Shown here: positions 47,501 through 61,214 of the stretch, in pieces
Layout: each line of letters starts with the position of its first letter
Position numbering within the stretch: the stretch's first letter is position 1
NCBI GenBank assembly: GCA_002269645.1
Contig: NIVC01003854.1
Location: forward strand, 9,656-73,655
DNA from: Macrostomum lignano
Lineage: Eukaryota
DNA length: 64,000 bases
Reading direction: 5' to 3'
Translations under genes and position numbers: made by a program
Notes under the pieces: generated by a model
Seen by the model: only the letters and a program-made list of their open reading frames with translations
Databases searched by the model: none
What the model was told of the DNA's origin: nothing

Positions 47501-47640
47501 AATTGACACATGGCAGTTGGGGATTGGGCTATACAACATGACTTCAGAATGTATTTTAACTGCCGCTTGCTCTAGCAGATAGGTCTCACACAAATAAGCA
47601 AATCTGTTCATTGGAAAGTTTGCTATCAAAGGTAGCAAAT

Positions 47641-48753
47641 ATGAGAACTTTGCTGTTGCTATGTTTGTTTGCTCTTGAACTATTCAACTGCTCCGAAGCT
47701 CTGCTAGTGAACTTCACAAAGTCAGCACTTTGCCCAATTGCCTCAAAGCTCAATGAGCTGGACAAAATGGATGGAGCTGCAGACATCAGGGCCTGCTTCG
47801 TCGAGTGCGCGATTCGGCGCAACTGTACCGTGCTGTTTCGAAACTCTTCGTCCAGCTGCTTTCTTGGAACTTCGAATCAGCTCAATGAATTCTTCTCTCC
47901 AGTGAATGAATCGGAGTACAACTTGTGCGAGAGTCACGTGAAATGGCCAATGCTGTTCGTCTATGCGGGGGATGCCACCACTGCGACTACCGAATCACCC
48001 ACTACAGAAATTCCGGAAAGTTCAACTTCAGAAACATCCACTCAGACTGATACTACTCCTGAAACGAATACGAGTATTATTGGACTCAATGTCACTTTGG
48101 CTCAGAAGCTGGTCATTCTGCTCGACTTCAGGCAGGGATACACAAACCTCGTCGACTCAAGAAAATACTCCGCTTCTCCTAGTGGCTCCGTAACCCGCGA
48201 CTCCACGGGCGCCAGGTTTTTATCGGATAGTTCTGTTAATTATATCGAAGTGGACACTGAATCCAACTCACTTGGGCCCGAATTTCTCGGACAGGACTGC
48301 AACTTTACTATTTATGCTCGACTCAAGAGAGACCCCCATCAAGATAAGCAGACATATCACTATCTCTACGACTGCTCAAGCACAATTGCCCATGGCGTGT
48401 TTGGTATCGATCATGAAAATCTTGAAATCGAGCACTCATTTCCGGCAGTTTCCGGTCTCGCTAAAACTAAATTGACAATCGAGTCAGATAGGGAAGTCAT
48501 TGGCAAAGACGACCGATTTCTATCCATTGGTGCCGTGTTCACTGGTAGCAGTAAAGCCAAGCTGTATCACGACGGCAAAATTCTACGAAAAGTCAACAAG
48601 GATTCCGGCGCATATTCCGGGCCCCCTCTGTGCCTGCGTCTTGGGTACAGCCACGAGTCCTCCGCATTCAAGGGCACTTTCATATGCTACGCGATTGCAA
48701 AAGAGGCCCTGACAGAGAGCGAACTGCGGCAGCTGGAGGCATTCTGCACTTGA
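47641..48753 (+). CDS. Secreted PAN/Apple-like + Thr/Ser-rich linker + LamG/ConA-like domain protein (370 aa, intronless)
   Basis: Signal peptide MRTLLLLCLFALELFNCSEA. CFVECAIRRNCTVLF...CFLG (PAN pattern). TTATTESPTTE linker. FTIYARL...KLYHDGK...LRLGY...FKGTFICYAIAKEALTESEL (LamG_3/pentraxin-like end). Confidence 0.75.
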   Translation: MRTLLLLCLFALELFNCSEALLVNFTKSALCPIASKLNELDKMDGAADIRACFVECAIRRNCTVLFRNSSSSCFLGTSNQLNEFFSPVNESEYNLCESHVKWPMLFVYAGDATTATTESPTTEIPESSTSETSTQTDTTPETNTSIIGLNVTLAQKLVILLDFRQGYTNLVDSRKYSASPSGSVTRDSTGARFLSDSSVNYIEVDTESNSLGPEFLGQDCNFTIYARLKRDPHQDKQTYHYLYDCSSTIAHGVFGIDHENLEIEHSFPAVSGLAKTKLTIESDREVIGKDDRFLSIGAVFTGSSKAKLYHDGKILRKVNKDSGAYSGPPLCLRLGYSHESSAFKGTFICYAIAKEALTESELRQLEAFCT

Positions 48754-48795
48754 GTTTCTCTGTCGTATCGAATCAAGCATTAGATAGAAATCTAT

Positions 48796-49069
<274 letters not shown>

Positions 49070-50511
49070 CTTGCGCTTTGATTTTGGGCGTTCCTAGAAG
49101 CCTTTTCGACCAGCTAAAGATTAGCCAATTAAATTTAAGCCCTTAGTTGACATTGACAATAAATTGAAGGCTAATTTTTAAAAGCTTTACGAGTAAAACC
49201 AAAACCCACTGTTTCTCCCACGATTTGATAAAAGAATATAAAAAATAGTAACGTTTTCTGGCAGATTTTTTTCAGCCTCTGTGTCATTCAGAACAAATTC
49301 CAAATATAAAATATGTTAAAATTATTCAGACAACGGAGTTCAATGCTTACTTGTGTTTTTGTTTTTTTTGCAGCCATTTTGTAGCAAATAAACTCAGAAA
49401 AGTTACTTCCGCCGTGAAAATGGAGCTGGAGATTCCACCAGACGAAATAAATCTATGGGATTTGCAGAGAGGAAATTGTCATCACACCGAGTCTGCTCAC
49501 GCACTGCTACGAGCTAATTGGCTTCTTAAATAAACTAAACAATGCTAATAAGTACGCCATGAAAATCCATGCGGCAAGGACCATAGACACTCGTGCGCTA
49601 ACTTAATGTTCAGTACATCCTTTTCAGAATCAGTAGCTAACAAGAGGAGAGTCTGATAGGCCACCTGTGTTTACTGCTCATCATCTGTAGCACGTGACGC
49701 TACTCAAGCCGTCATCAGCCTTACGTAAGCTTAAGAAAGTAGCAAAATTTCCCGAGTTTACAATCTCCAAATTCTACTTTTCTGCCTACCTAGTAGTAGA
49801 CTTGTAAGACTTGGGTGAGACATGAATTACACAATAGCCCGCTCCTGCTCTCCTCTCTCCCCTCTTCTTTCCTTTCATCTCGATCGTCTTATCTCCAATT
49901 TCTCCTCTCTCCTCTTATCTCTCCATCCAGATACGCATTGTATGAGTGACTGCTGAGAATCCAGCAACCGGAGCTCACATTAAAAGTATGCCTTACGCAC
50001 AAGAGCTGCTGCAGTATGTTGCTGCGGATTGGAGGCTCTGGAGTCCGATGAGCTACTCTGCACCTCGCCCCCCCATATAAAGAGCTTACCACAAAACGAT
50101 TCACCACTTACCCAAGCACGTGACTGGCAATATTGTTCTAATGGCTGTTTAGACCAAAGTTTTCTATCCTACTAAAAGTAGGTAGCTATAAGATTTAGAT
50201 TTTATTAGAGTCGATGCTAGTGCTCCCAAGCACACTTTAGGCGACATGGTCATTTAACACCCATTACTGCCCATTCCACCAACTCTCCTGAGCAGGCACA
50301 CAAACGTGCGGATGCGTACGCAGTCATACGCACAGGCACACACTCACACAGGAGGATACAGCGGCCATAAGTTTATTAACGTTTGGCAAATGGACTTCAC
50401 TGTGCCTTGTTGGGTTGTTCTTGTTGGGTTGAACTTGGAATCGAGCCTGGGCCGATATTGCTTTCAAAAAGCTTGATATGCTACGAGCAGTTTCAATCGG
50501 TGATGCGGCGA

Positions 50512-50672
50512 TGCAATGCCGCGTTGGTTACTCTCTCGTCACCGATCTTGAAGGCGGGGGCGCAGCATGCTAGTGTGCGTCTCTTCAAATTGCTGTTTGA
50601 GTGTGTCTGTCAGCGTCCAGGTCTGGTGGTTGTAAAACCTCTACAGTCTCGATCGCCGTCTGGAACAACGCC
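50512..50672 (-). mobile_element. Short fragment of the same RTE-like LINE as 15390-15932
   Basis: Reverse complement shares TTGTTCCAGACGG, GACCTGGACGCTGAC, CCGCCTTCAAGATCGG and ACCAACGCGG with the 15.5-kb copy. Confidence 0.75.
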
Positions 50673-53001
50673 GGTGTTAGGCTTTCTGTTCTTCGGGGTC
50701 TTAATTTATCCGGGGGACATCGCAAAGCAAAATTATTGTCGCTTTGCGATAACCTACCCTGGATAATCCAAGGCACAACAAAATCGGGCTTTGAAATCTC
50801 CTGGGTCTTAAATTGTCCGGGGTGAATAAAGATTTGGGTGGCAAGGTGGTCAAGTTATTTTCCTGATAAAGCGCATGTGAATGGAGCAGGACATCATTTC
50901 GAGAGAATGGGGCTGACTCAGAGGCCCGGGAAGGGCCCTTAGACAGGGGAGGGGCAGATAAGGTGCAATCTAAGAATAAATCGATAATGGACTAGCGTCA
51001 CATTGCTAGCACTACAAGCGTACGTGCAATGAAGATCAGTGTCCGAGCTAATAGCCCACAAAGGAAAGTGTTGCGCAAATTACGAGTATATTTACACGTA
51101 ACTTTTAAGATATATAGAGTTTATTTCTTGTCGAAGTTCTACGTTTAGGAAAATTTATCTCTCTATGGCTTAAGTATCGCTGAACCAAGTGTTTTTTTTA
51201 TGTTTTGAAGGACGAGTATGTTGAGCTGCCAGAAAATTCCAGTATGAAAGAGAGATATAATCTACGCTCGTAAAACTAAAAATCAGAGAAAAGAGCGAAA
51301 ACTTCACGCTTCATTCAGCGGATCGCCTGTTTTTGATCAAATTACATGTAGATTGGTGAATCAATTAACAGTTTTTTTGGTTGACAATGTATAGTATAAA
51401 TGCTTTAATTTTACTTCTGTTTGGAGTGTGTGAAATGCAAAATAGTGATTGAAAATACACTCGGTTAAATAAGCATGACGCAGATGTTTGCCAATTGAAA
51501 AAGTAGCAAAAAGTTTTTTCTACTTTGTGAAAACTGATTTCGAAATTTTGCTATTTCTATCCCCGGATATCAGTAGCCGGGTGTCCTAAAGCAAACCTCT
51601 GTCTCCGCAGACTGACCCTCTCTTTCAACCTACAGTCGGATGTCCTAAGACAAATTTCCCCTTCTTGTGATCTCCGGGCCGGATAGCAGAGTCAGTGCCG
51701 TAGGATGTCCGGGAGAGACATCTCAAAGTGCCTGGACAATGCAAAGCAGCTCAAGATATCCGGGAAGGAGAAAACAAAGCAGGTTTTTTGCTTGGCAGTA
51801 TCCGGGCGGATATTTTAAGTGCGTTCGGATATCCGGGCCAAACAAAAAACCCCGGATAGTGTAAAGTGTAACACCCGCCTCTAACATTCAGGTATAGGGC
51901 CTCGGAAAGCAGGACTGCCTTCACCAAAACAAAAGGCAGCCAAACCAAGCCCGCAGCGATGCTGCCGCTCCTCGGATAACGTAGAAAACCAGACCAAAAC
52001 TTCGCCTCTCTAACGTCGCCTTGTTTGTCAGCGACTCAGCATAGAATCTCAGTGTCTCAGTGTTAACCCCCAGGTCGATATTCGCTGCAACAGCAACCAG
52101 TAGTCCATGTGTTGTTGGGTGCCCTGGGCAGTTAAAAACAGCCAGGTGAGATCGTCGTTACCGGGTGAATTACCGGTTAACTCTGAGCCGCCTCAACTCA
52201 GTCGACCCTCGTATCGTCGCAGCAGAAAGAGATGCGTCGGCATTGGTGAGGAGACCCAAAGATCCGCAATCTGCAAACCTTGATATGCCAGCACCAGCAC
52301 CGGTTTCTCACTCCTGTCCACCATTCTGTGCATCGCAGGTCGGATAACACTCAGTGATTTCTGTTGATAGGTTATCAAAAAATTCCTTCATTTTCTGCAG
52401 GTAAATGTAATGCCTCAGTGTCTGTGGTTAGAATTGGCTATAACTGTAGTAATTGGTCCACTACCCCTATGGGCGACGAGGTTATATAGTGTGTGAACAA
52501 CGAAGATTTGATAATAGGTTCTGCCTCAATAATTCTTCGTGACGTTCCAGCAGGATCCATGGCTCATTGCTCTTGAGTTAGGCTTGCAGACAAAATATAT
52601 TCTGCTTCGCCGGGCCTGCTTGCAATCATATTTTGTTCTCCGCTCACCAAAAAAGAGTTATCCCCGCAAGTATTTTGCATTGTTTCTGAGCTATCCAACG
52701 CATCACAGAGTTTTTCATCAGCTTGATTGACAGGTGAATATATGAATTGACGAATTAGAACTAGCTGAATGAGGAACTATATAGAAAGCAGTATACCACT
52801 TGAGTACAAGACAAGCATTCCTCGGATGAACAGATAGGTGGCAAAGTAGCGAGGACATCATTCCCAAAGGCTCAGTGTCTTGGCATCTCTGATTGGCTGC
52901 AGTGGTACGCCAATGAGCTGCTAATTTCACTGTTTATCATGCAACGCAAGTGGTAGGTTGCGACAGAAATCGCTGGTTGATCAAAATAAATCTACGAAAC
53001 A

Positions 53002-54106
53002 ATGGCTGCTAATCTCATACTGCTGCTGATTCTGTTCTGGTTGACTGCCGAAACGTCGGCCAACAACTGCTCGGAGAGTAATCGGGTTCGATTCAAAATC
53101 GTGCCAACTTGCCCGGAAATTCAACCATTGCTCTGCTAAAAAAAGTCCAAGGATTTCGATCGGTAGAAGAATGTGCTTTGGTGTGTGGACTCGATAGCAA
53201 CTGTTCTGTCATCTTCCGAAGTGAAGACGGCATTTGCTATTTAGGAAACAGCCAACAAGCTAGTGAACTTATCTCAACGTCGAATTCGTCCATTCCAACC
53301 GTTTGTAAAGTCCTTGTCAAAGTTTCCAACAACGGCGATGCACTGATAACAACTGAAACAACTGTAGCCCCTGTGACGACAACTCTGAGTCAATCTGCGG
53401 CCACAACAATCAATGCGGCAGTCCAGGGCCTGGGCACTCTGGCCTCAAAGCTGGTCATCCTGTTCGACTTCAGGCAGGGCTACACAAACCTTGTCAATCC
53501 TGCAAAGTACGCCGCCAGTCCCCACGGTGCCGTCAGTCAAAACGGCGAGGGAGTCACCTTCCCTGGTGGAAACAATAACGATTATATCGAAGTTGACACC
53601 GATGGTAACACCCTGGCGTCCACTTATCTGAGTCACACGAACTCGTTCACGTTCTACGTGAGACTCATGCGAAACGACCCAAACCACCAGACCTATCACT
53701 ACTTTCATGACTGTTCCACGTCGGCTCTTAATCGGGGAGAGTTCAGCGACAACGGAGGACGACTTCGGGTTGTGCACGCCTTCCCAGCTGCCGCAAACCA
53801 AAACAATTACCAGTTGCTTCGCGAATCAATCAGCAATGTGTTTTTGAACGATAATAGTTTACAACCGGCTTCTGTGGCAGCCGTGTTTGTTGGCAACACC
53901 CTGAGCAAATTCTACAAAGATGGCGCGTTTCTGCAAACTCCTAACCTCAGTCCAGCACTTACTCTGGAGCTCCGCTTTGCCTGCGTCTGGGCTATCATAG
54001 CAGTTCATCTCACGCCCTTCGGGGTCGCTTCATCTGCTATGCCGTCGCCAAGGAGGCTCTTACAGTCACTGAGCTCCTGCAGTTGGAGAACTTGTGCGGA
54101 ACTTGA
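53002..54106 (+). pseudogene. Second PAN/Apple-Thr-rich-LamG paralog with two 1-nt deletions (~53115, ~53950); pseudogene or assembly error
   Basis: Signal peptide MAANLILLLILFWLTAETSA; ECALVCGLDSNCSVIF; LASKLVILFDFRQGYTNLV is shared with the 47.6-kb gene. The shifted frame restores YSGAPLCLRLGY...FICYAVAKEALTVTELLQLENLCGT*. Confidence 0.8.
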
Positions 54107-56045
54107 CATCCGAATGCAGCAGAGGCACAAAAATTGTTGCTTTACTAACGAGTAAAACTGAAAAGCTTTTTGTAGTTGCCTTTTAGGCTTCAATCTGCTT
54201 TACTTAACAAATCAGACACAAAGCCGGAACTATTGAGCAACCATCCTGTGTTGCTTCTTGGTCAAACAAAGTTACTTTTAAGATCTACATCCTACGACCT
54301 TGTAAAGAAAATTCGAATAAATTTTTCCTTCCTGGAAAATACTGAAGGTTTCCTTTCTTCCTTTTATCTTCAGTTCTTTTAGTTATTGAGCTGCTGGGGC
54401 AATGGGGATAAGTTTGTTCGTCGATTTTACGGGATCAGAAGAAACTAACAATGAAGTTCAACTGTGAAGCTCATAAATCAATAGCACTCTTTCCACCCTT
54501 TACAACTGGAATTGGTTGGCTATAAGCTTTCCAGCTGAGCTTAAATGATAGAGAGAATATTCTGTGTATTCCATCCCATCTCCATTGCAATTGCAATTGA
54601 GCCTTCGTGGTCCTTGACAACGGCTGGACCGGAGAACATCGGAGGCACCTAGCAGCTAAAGAAGGTGAATAAAGAGCTTTGAATCTTTGCCCGCTGGCCC
54701 AAATGTATACATAAAATGCCTTTTATGACAAGAGATGATTTGAGTAGCTATTCTTTCAAGCTAAGAAGTCCTCAATTCTCTTTGTACAAAACAGGACGGA
54801 AAATGTGAATACGATGCGAGCCAAAATGATATATCCACTGTTACTAATATCGGTTCCAATACGAGGCATTAAAACCAATTTCAGGGATGTTTACAAGGCT
54901 TGGAGTCAAACTATTAATCCCGTTCGTGCATTGATTCTCACAACCAGCGCTGAGTCAATTCTGGTTATTCCTTGTCACACTCTCTATGCCTTGGGGGTTG
55001 GCCAACGAGCATCAAAGACGGAAAAGATGAGGTTAAAGAAGCATCAAAGCTGATCTATTTTCAGGTTTTTCTCAAGTATCTCCTATCTTCGACCTTCGAC
55101 CGATGCGAATTCTCTACACTGTACGAGCTACTTGAACTTGAAACTTCACAAGGTCAAAACTTCATAAACAACCGGCTGCCGTCACCTGTTTTCACTGAAT
55201 CCTTCTTAATCGTTCTCGTATTGCATTGTTAGCGGGGGTTCAAATAGTTATAGACTTCAGTACATTGGTTTGGATCTGACCGCAGCTGCACCAATAAAAA
55301 CCTGTACCCGAGATCTGACGCTTTTGTCGGCCTCGAATCCGCTTATTATTGACCTTGTGCGATCGTATTTGTTTTTTTAAATTGGAAAGATTTAAATTTC
55401 TGTCGATACTAACAGGCCTCAGTAATTAATTAATTAATAATTAACATCTTAAGTAGAAATAAATATTAAATTCTTTTGCCAACGCACCTCTTCGTGACAT
55501 GAAATGTCAGCAGCCAGAGGAAAACTGAAAAGCAGCAATATCGCTGCGTCGAGTAACCGAAAATTGAATAATTTAGCAAGCTTAATTGAGTTCAGTCCTC
55601 CACTAGCAAGAGAAAAATGACAAAAAACGCGCTAAAAAAATTCATCACGAAGCAGGAATCTTTGTGTGAAACAACGGACTGCTGGTAAACAACCTCAATA
55701 ATTCATATGTAAAAAAACTCTCTCTTCGTGTAACAATCTCCACAAAAAACAATCGGACCAACCTGAAAAGAATTGCGGCTCAAAGTTACACGTAACCGGT
55801 TTAGAAAACATATATGAAAAATCAGTCAAAAAAGAGAACGACACAGTGCAAAGGGAAAAGCTCCACCAGAAAAAAATTCAGAAAGATCGCATCAGCTTGC
55901 AGCAGCAAAACAACAGAAGTAATAAAAAAGCAGCAAAAATTATGGAAAATTAACAAAAATACTTCTTGGGCACGTCAGACCTAGCAAAACGCTCAAAACT
56001 AAGGTTTACAATCAGTTTTTCTGTCATAGTCTCTGCCACAATCAG

Positions 56046-58260
56046 TTACTCAGTTCTTACTGTCTCAATGACACACAGCTCAGACACAGGCCACACCAGC
56101 ACAGCCTGACCGAGTTGAACCTTGGCCACTCGCACGCGACCGTCTTGACCCGGGAAGACCGAAACCACTCGTCCTAGCGGCCAGTGACCTTGAGGTGCGT
56201 CGGGCTTGACCACCAGCACTACGTCATCTACTTTCAAGCTTCTCTGCTGTTCGATCCACTTGGACCTCGGCTGCAGGCCGGGTAGCCACTCTCGCATCCA
56301 TTGTCAAGAGATCCTACGCCCGTCGCCTAAGCTTTGTTGGATTGATCGCTACATCCTCCAATCAGCAAATGATTGGGTGTTGACTGTGCCTCGTCCATCG
56401 GGTTAGCCGTCTGGTACGTGATTGGGCGCGAGCTAATAAGCGTCTCTGCTCCGGTGATCGCTGAATGCAACTCCTCATCGTTAACATCCACGTTGCCGAG
56501 GATCGCGCTCAGTTCCCGATTTTTTGTGAGGATCATTATTTCATGAGCTCCAACAAAATGCGGTGCTGCCGGCAGCTGAAAGCTCCATCTCACTCCATGC
56601 ATTGCTGTCTGTTTCTGCCATTTGGCCTTGTTCACACTCTCCAGCTTTTTGAGCTCCTCGTCTCCTCTTACGAAGTTTCCACCGTTGTCCGAGTACATGA
56701 CCTTTGACAGTCTCGACGGTTGCCCATTCGGAATAAAACATTAAAGACGAGTCAGTGTCGAACCCGAAGGTCATCTCTAAATGCACAGCGCGTGTCTCAA
56801 GCCACGTGAAAAGATCAATTGACTCGCCTTTGAACAATCGTGAACGACCTCCCATGTCAACAGCCACGTCAACCGCGTGAATGCTTTGAGTGAGAACGCA
56901 AGACGCGCCTCTGGCAGCGGTGCCATCTTCTGCGTTGCGGGACGTGCTCGAGCTCCCACTGACGAATCGCTTCTCTGGCTCCGATGATCCAATACTTTGA
57001 TGCAATCGCGGCCAAGACATCGTTTGTGCCTCTTTGTGCTCGCTCCTCATGAAATTTCTTGATCAGCAGCTTAGTCATCCGATCCAGTGCTTTCTCGGCA
57101 GAATCGCTGGGTGTCTCGCCTCAAACGGTAACTGCTGTCCGAACTTCAGGCGACCGTCGACTTTCACATTCCAGACGGATCCATCACGGGCTGCAAGCAG
57201 TGCAGCTTCTTGTCACCGCAGCCTTTGTCGGGTGAATGCTTTTATCCTGTGCGGATTTCACGAGCTGTTCTTCCACATCTTCCAAACTCGTCCGTCTACA
57301 GCTTGCCGCTCTCTCGAAACCCTGGACTTTTCCGCCAGTTCCTCACAAGAAGCGCAGCACATAAGCCATGACTCGCTGCAGTCTTTTGAAGTCAGAGAAT
57401 AAAGTTGGTTCCAATCACCATCCTTTGTCCGTTGTCTCCGCTTCCGCGACGAATGTCAACTCCTGACGCTGCTCATTTGCCATGGCGACAACACACCTTT
57501 ACGCCTCTTGGAAGCCTCTGCGTCCTCCGGCATTAATGGAATCCATATCTCCGGCCAACATTCTTCATTCTGCTACAGCAACTCTGATCCTTGGAACACA
57601 ATCGCAACTTCGGCAACTCGGAAGCACTGCAGTCTGGAGACAATGTCCGCTGGATTTAAATTTGTCGGCAGGTATCTCTACTGCTGAATCAGTGCGATTC
57701 GGTGGGCAACAAACAGCTTGACGCACGGCTCCGGTTTCATATCCATTACAGGACGTTCTGACTATCGGTCCTTCCGTGACTATCTGGACATGGACATCCA
57801 GAGCCTCGGCGATTGTCTTGGTCAGCAGAACTCCCAGCACCACGACCATCAACTCAAGCCACAAGACGCTGACAGTCAATAGCGGGGCTATCTTCGACTT
57901 TTAGGCTACGAAGCTCAGCGTTACTTCCTCATCCATATTGTGGCCTCGGCATTAGACTACAGCTCCGTACGCATCTTGAGAAGCGTCCATGAACGTGTGC
58001 ATATTCGCTTGACCGCCTTATGGATTCAGACTTCCTGAAGAACTGAAAGTTCGCTCATCCATTAGGATGCCTTCTCCGCGCGCCATCTTCGAATCGATCG
58101 GCTCGTCCCAGTCACATTCCGTGCCGCAAATCCCCTGAAGCATGATCTTCCCATGACATATGAAGCTTTTAGGAAACAGCATGAATCAAACACACCGGCA
58201 CGTAGAACACAGTAGATTTGCATGTAGAGTTGTGCGAAAACTGTTCTAATGCAGTTCATA
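56046..58260 (-). mobile_element. Degenerate BEL/Pao LTR retrotransposon pol (RNase H/Pao peptidase region, integrase, DUF5641)
   Basis: HVFMDASQDAYGAV, KSKIAPL...LELM, LAAIASKYWIIGARE, MYSDNGGNFVRG, PAAPHFVGAHE, SRPITY, TPNHLLIG, SKW...LKVDDVVLV...WPLGRVVSVFPGQDGRVRVAKV. Confidence 0.9.
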
Positions 58261-60415
58261 TAGAATCCTAAATTGTGTTACCTGACACTGAACAAGCCAT
58301 CTTCCGGAAGTTACAAAAACTGGAGATCAAAGCTTAGAAAACTGTGAATAGTGTGACAAAGAATATAATATCATGCAATTAACTCAGTTAAAAAGCACAA
58401 ATCTATGTAAAAAGTTGCATTTGCGACTTAATCAGAGCAGAAAAGTATGAGAATGCGTTATTGCAAGATCAATATTTTATTGGACTAATTCAATAAAGCC
58501 TAAAAACCTAGCCTAAAAAAGAGAAAGATAAGAATTAAAAAAGCTATTGCTTCATGCGACTGTGTCTGTGTCTATGCGTTGTGTCGCCGAAATGAGTGTC
58601 AAAGATCCAGTGTGGGTTTCTTCTTCAGTCGTTGTCTCACCGTAAAATCTGTACAATGTTTCTATAAGGCATCGGTGACTCATGTATCTATGAGAAGCTG
58701 CTTTCTGATAAAATAAGCCAATCCTCTAAACACAAATAAAAATTGACATATTTTATTATTTTTTCTCGGAAATACTACGCAATACGTCAGTAAAATACTT
58801 TAAAATCAAAGCATATCGTCTTTCGGCTTTTTAGAGTCAAATCTCAGCAAGAAATCGGTTCACACACAATTTTAAAACTGATTTGATCAATCTTAAATCT
58901 ATTGAGCAGTCTTTTAATTAAAGCTAATTAGGCGGCACAGAATATCTACAGAATACTCAATAAGTGTTTCTAATACAACAGGAATTCAAATTCGCGCAGC
59001 CTACTTGTGTTGTTCAAATTCTGAGTAGTACAAATTAAATTTATGAAACTTTATGAAAATTCTCAATTCTCATCATTTTAGGTGAACAGCCTGGCTATAG
59101 AAAATCAATGAAAAAACTGAATTAATGTAAGAGCTCTTGTAGCAGTCAATGTAGAGGAAATAAACTAAGGAAATAAGCCATAAAAACAGAACAAACCAAA
59201 ACCAACCATCTTATTTCTTCAAGAAATTCTCCTTCGACTCTTGCATCGCAAGAGTCAGGCTTGCTTTTATTTCTGATGGAGAGATCCAGACTCTCACTCA
59301 GAAACATAAATAAAGTCTCCATTTGCTTCACAGCAGAAACAACTTCATCACAGGGTGTATGCTAGCCTTTTATCCTCTACATTGTCCTCACTGCGCATCT
59401 TCTCAATTGTGCCACATCAGTGTGAGTGACTTCAGCACCAACTTCACTTAGCAGCACATGCCCAGCCTTTTCAGCAGAAACATCATCATGCTTGCAAGTA
59501 GCAAGCATTTCTGGAGCTTTGACTGAAGTAGACTTTTTTCCCATTGTCATTCGCGCAGTCTTATAGTTAAAGCTACTGTCAAGAAACTGATTGGCAGCTA
59601 TCGATCTGAAAGCAGAAGCTGCCTCTCTGCACTCAAGACAATCGTTGAAGCCTTCTCTTCTCCAGCTGCTAAAGTTGCTTTTGTTGGTCCTTGGGCCGCT
59701 AAAGGACAACGGAGGCTGCAACCCACCCCTTATGAGCAAAGCGCATTGTCATTTCCCGCTCTAAAGAGTCAGAGGCCCCGCCCAGATGACTGGGAGAGCT
59801 TCCCCAAGCTCTGGAGTTGCCTACAGCCGAAGATGGAACTCTGTCTAGTCTAGCGCTGCACTAACTAGAGGACTTTTCAGCTGGGGATTGTACAAACACA
59901 CAATTCACATTTTTTACTGTATTAAATATGAGTATTTATATTGCCACAAAAACGACTTCAATCACCCATACAATTCAATGCAATGCAGGAACACCAGAAA
60001 GATTAGAAGCTGGCTTGCATTTTTCGGCCTTTTAGAAAGCTGGGATTTTTCAAGACCTCTGAACAAAATGGAAACATCTGAACTGCACTGAGTAGATTTG
60101 CATTCGAAGAAGATATTTTGTCCATCCTAACCGCGAAAGAAAGCTGTGGAGAGGTTTAACGTAATTTTTTTTCAAAGAAATATACTTCGATGGCATTCTG
60201 AGGCCGCTTAAGATCCATGCGGCTAACAAACAACACACACAAACAAGCAATGCAAAAGAAAAGTACAGCTACAACTAAACCATTGAAACATGATGATCGG
60301 GAGTCTTAGTCCTGACTTTACGCATCGTATTTTTGTACATGATCTTACGAGTATATAAATTGTAATTCACGTAAGTTACCAAAGCCCCCTTAGCTCATTA
60401 GAATGCTTCTATTAG

Positions 60416-60939
60416 AATATCGGATTAATAAAGAACCCTGAAAACATGTCGCTCAACTTCTGCAGCGACCTCTGCTCTCTGGGCGCTTCCCCTACTTTGG
60501 AGTGCAAAGCACGAAGTTCTGCTTCTGCGGCACAAGCTACGGATTGCATGGAAAGCTTGGCGAGAGCCACTGCAACAAGCAGTGCGCTGGAAACTCGCTG
60601 CAGACTTGCGGAGGTTTCGCCATCAACTCCGTGTTCGCTTTGACCTATCCGAGTAAGTTGAAAACGAATAATTTTGCACCTACGTGTAATTAGGTGTCAC
60701 GAATATAAAAAATTATCTAAAACATAATCTGAATCTGATCCTCACTGTGGTGACCAGCAAGACCTCGTCCTGGCCGGCTCCTACCACATCCGTCATGGAC
60801 TGCCTGGCCAGTGCAGCGCCAAAGCCGACTGCCAGGCCGCTGTTTTCTCCAGCGGCTGCTCGCCGGCCACCTGCTGGCGTTCGCCTACCCGCCAGGCAGC
60901 CTGACCGGACCCGACTGGACTCTCTTCGTGCTCGGCTGA
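60416..60939 (+). pseudogene. WSC domain + PAN/Apple domain gene (last two exons), frameshifted
   Basis: MSLNFCSDLCSLG-FPYFGVQSTKFCFCGTSYGLHGKLGESHCNKQCAGNSLQTCGGFAINSVF (WSC; 1-nt gap ~60487; donor at 60653). Then DCLA-(Q)CSAKADCQAAVFS...HLLAFAYPPGSLTGPDWTLFVLG* (PAN-like), needing two more shifts. Upstream exons not resolved. Confidence 0.75.
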
Positions 60940-61214
60940 GTGCCCGGAACAAACGGCTGTTATCAGCAAATCTCCACCTAAAGATTGACAACCTAACTAT
61001 TTTGCCTTGTTGTGTCACTGATTTTTTTAACTATGATATGTAACTTCAACCCTAGTATGTTAATGGAATATATCGTCTCAAAGAAACAAACAAGCTCTAA
61101 ATATTCAATTTTGCATCAGGCGTGGTACAAATATCTGTTTGAATACGCCTCAGATTTCAGAATTGGCTGAATTCTTAGCAGCCTTATGGCTTTTTGGTAT
61201 GGAGTAGCAGTGTC

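Noticed and set aside
51560-51860. Cluster of TATCCGGG / CCGGATA motifs
   Set aside because: Suggests a MITE, but TIRs and TSD are not convincing.
59146-59739. Minus-strand ORF remnants, considered as tyrosine recombinase/Crypton-like
   Set aside because: No R-H-R-Y catalytic pattern could be located.
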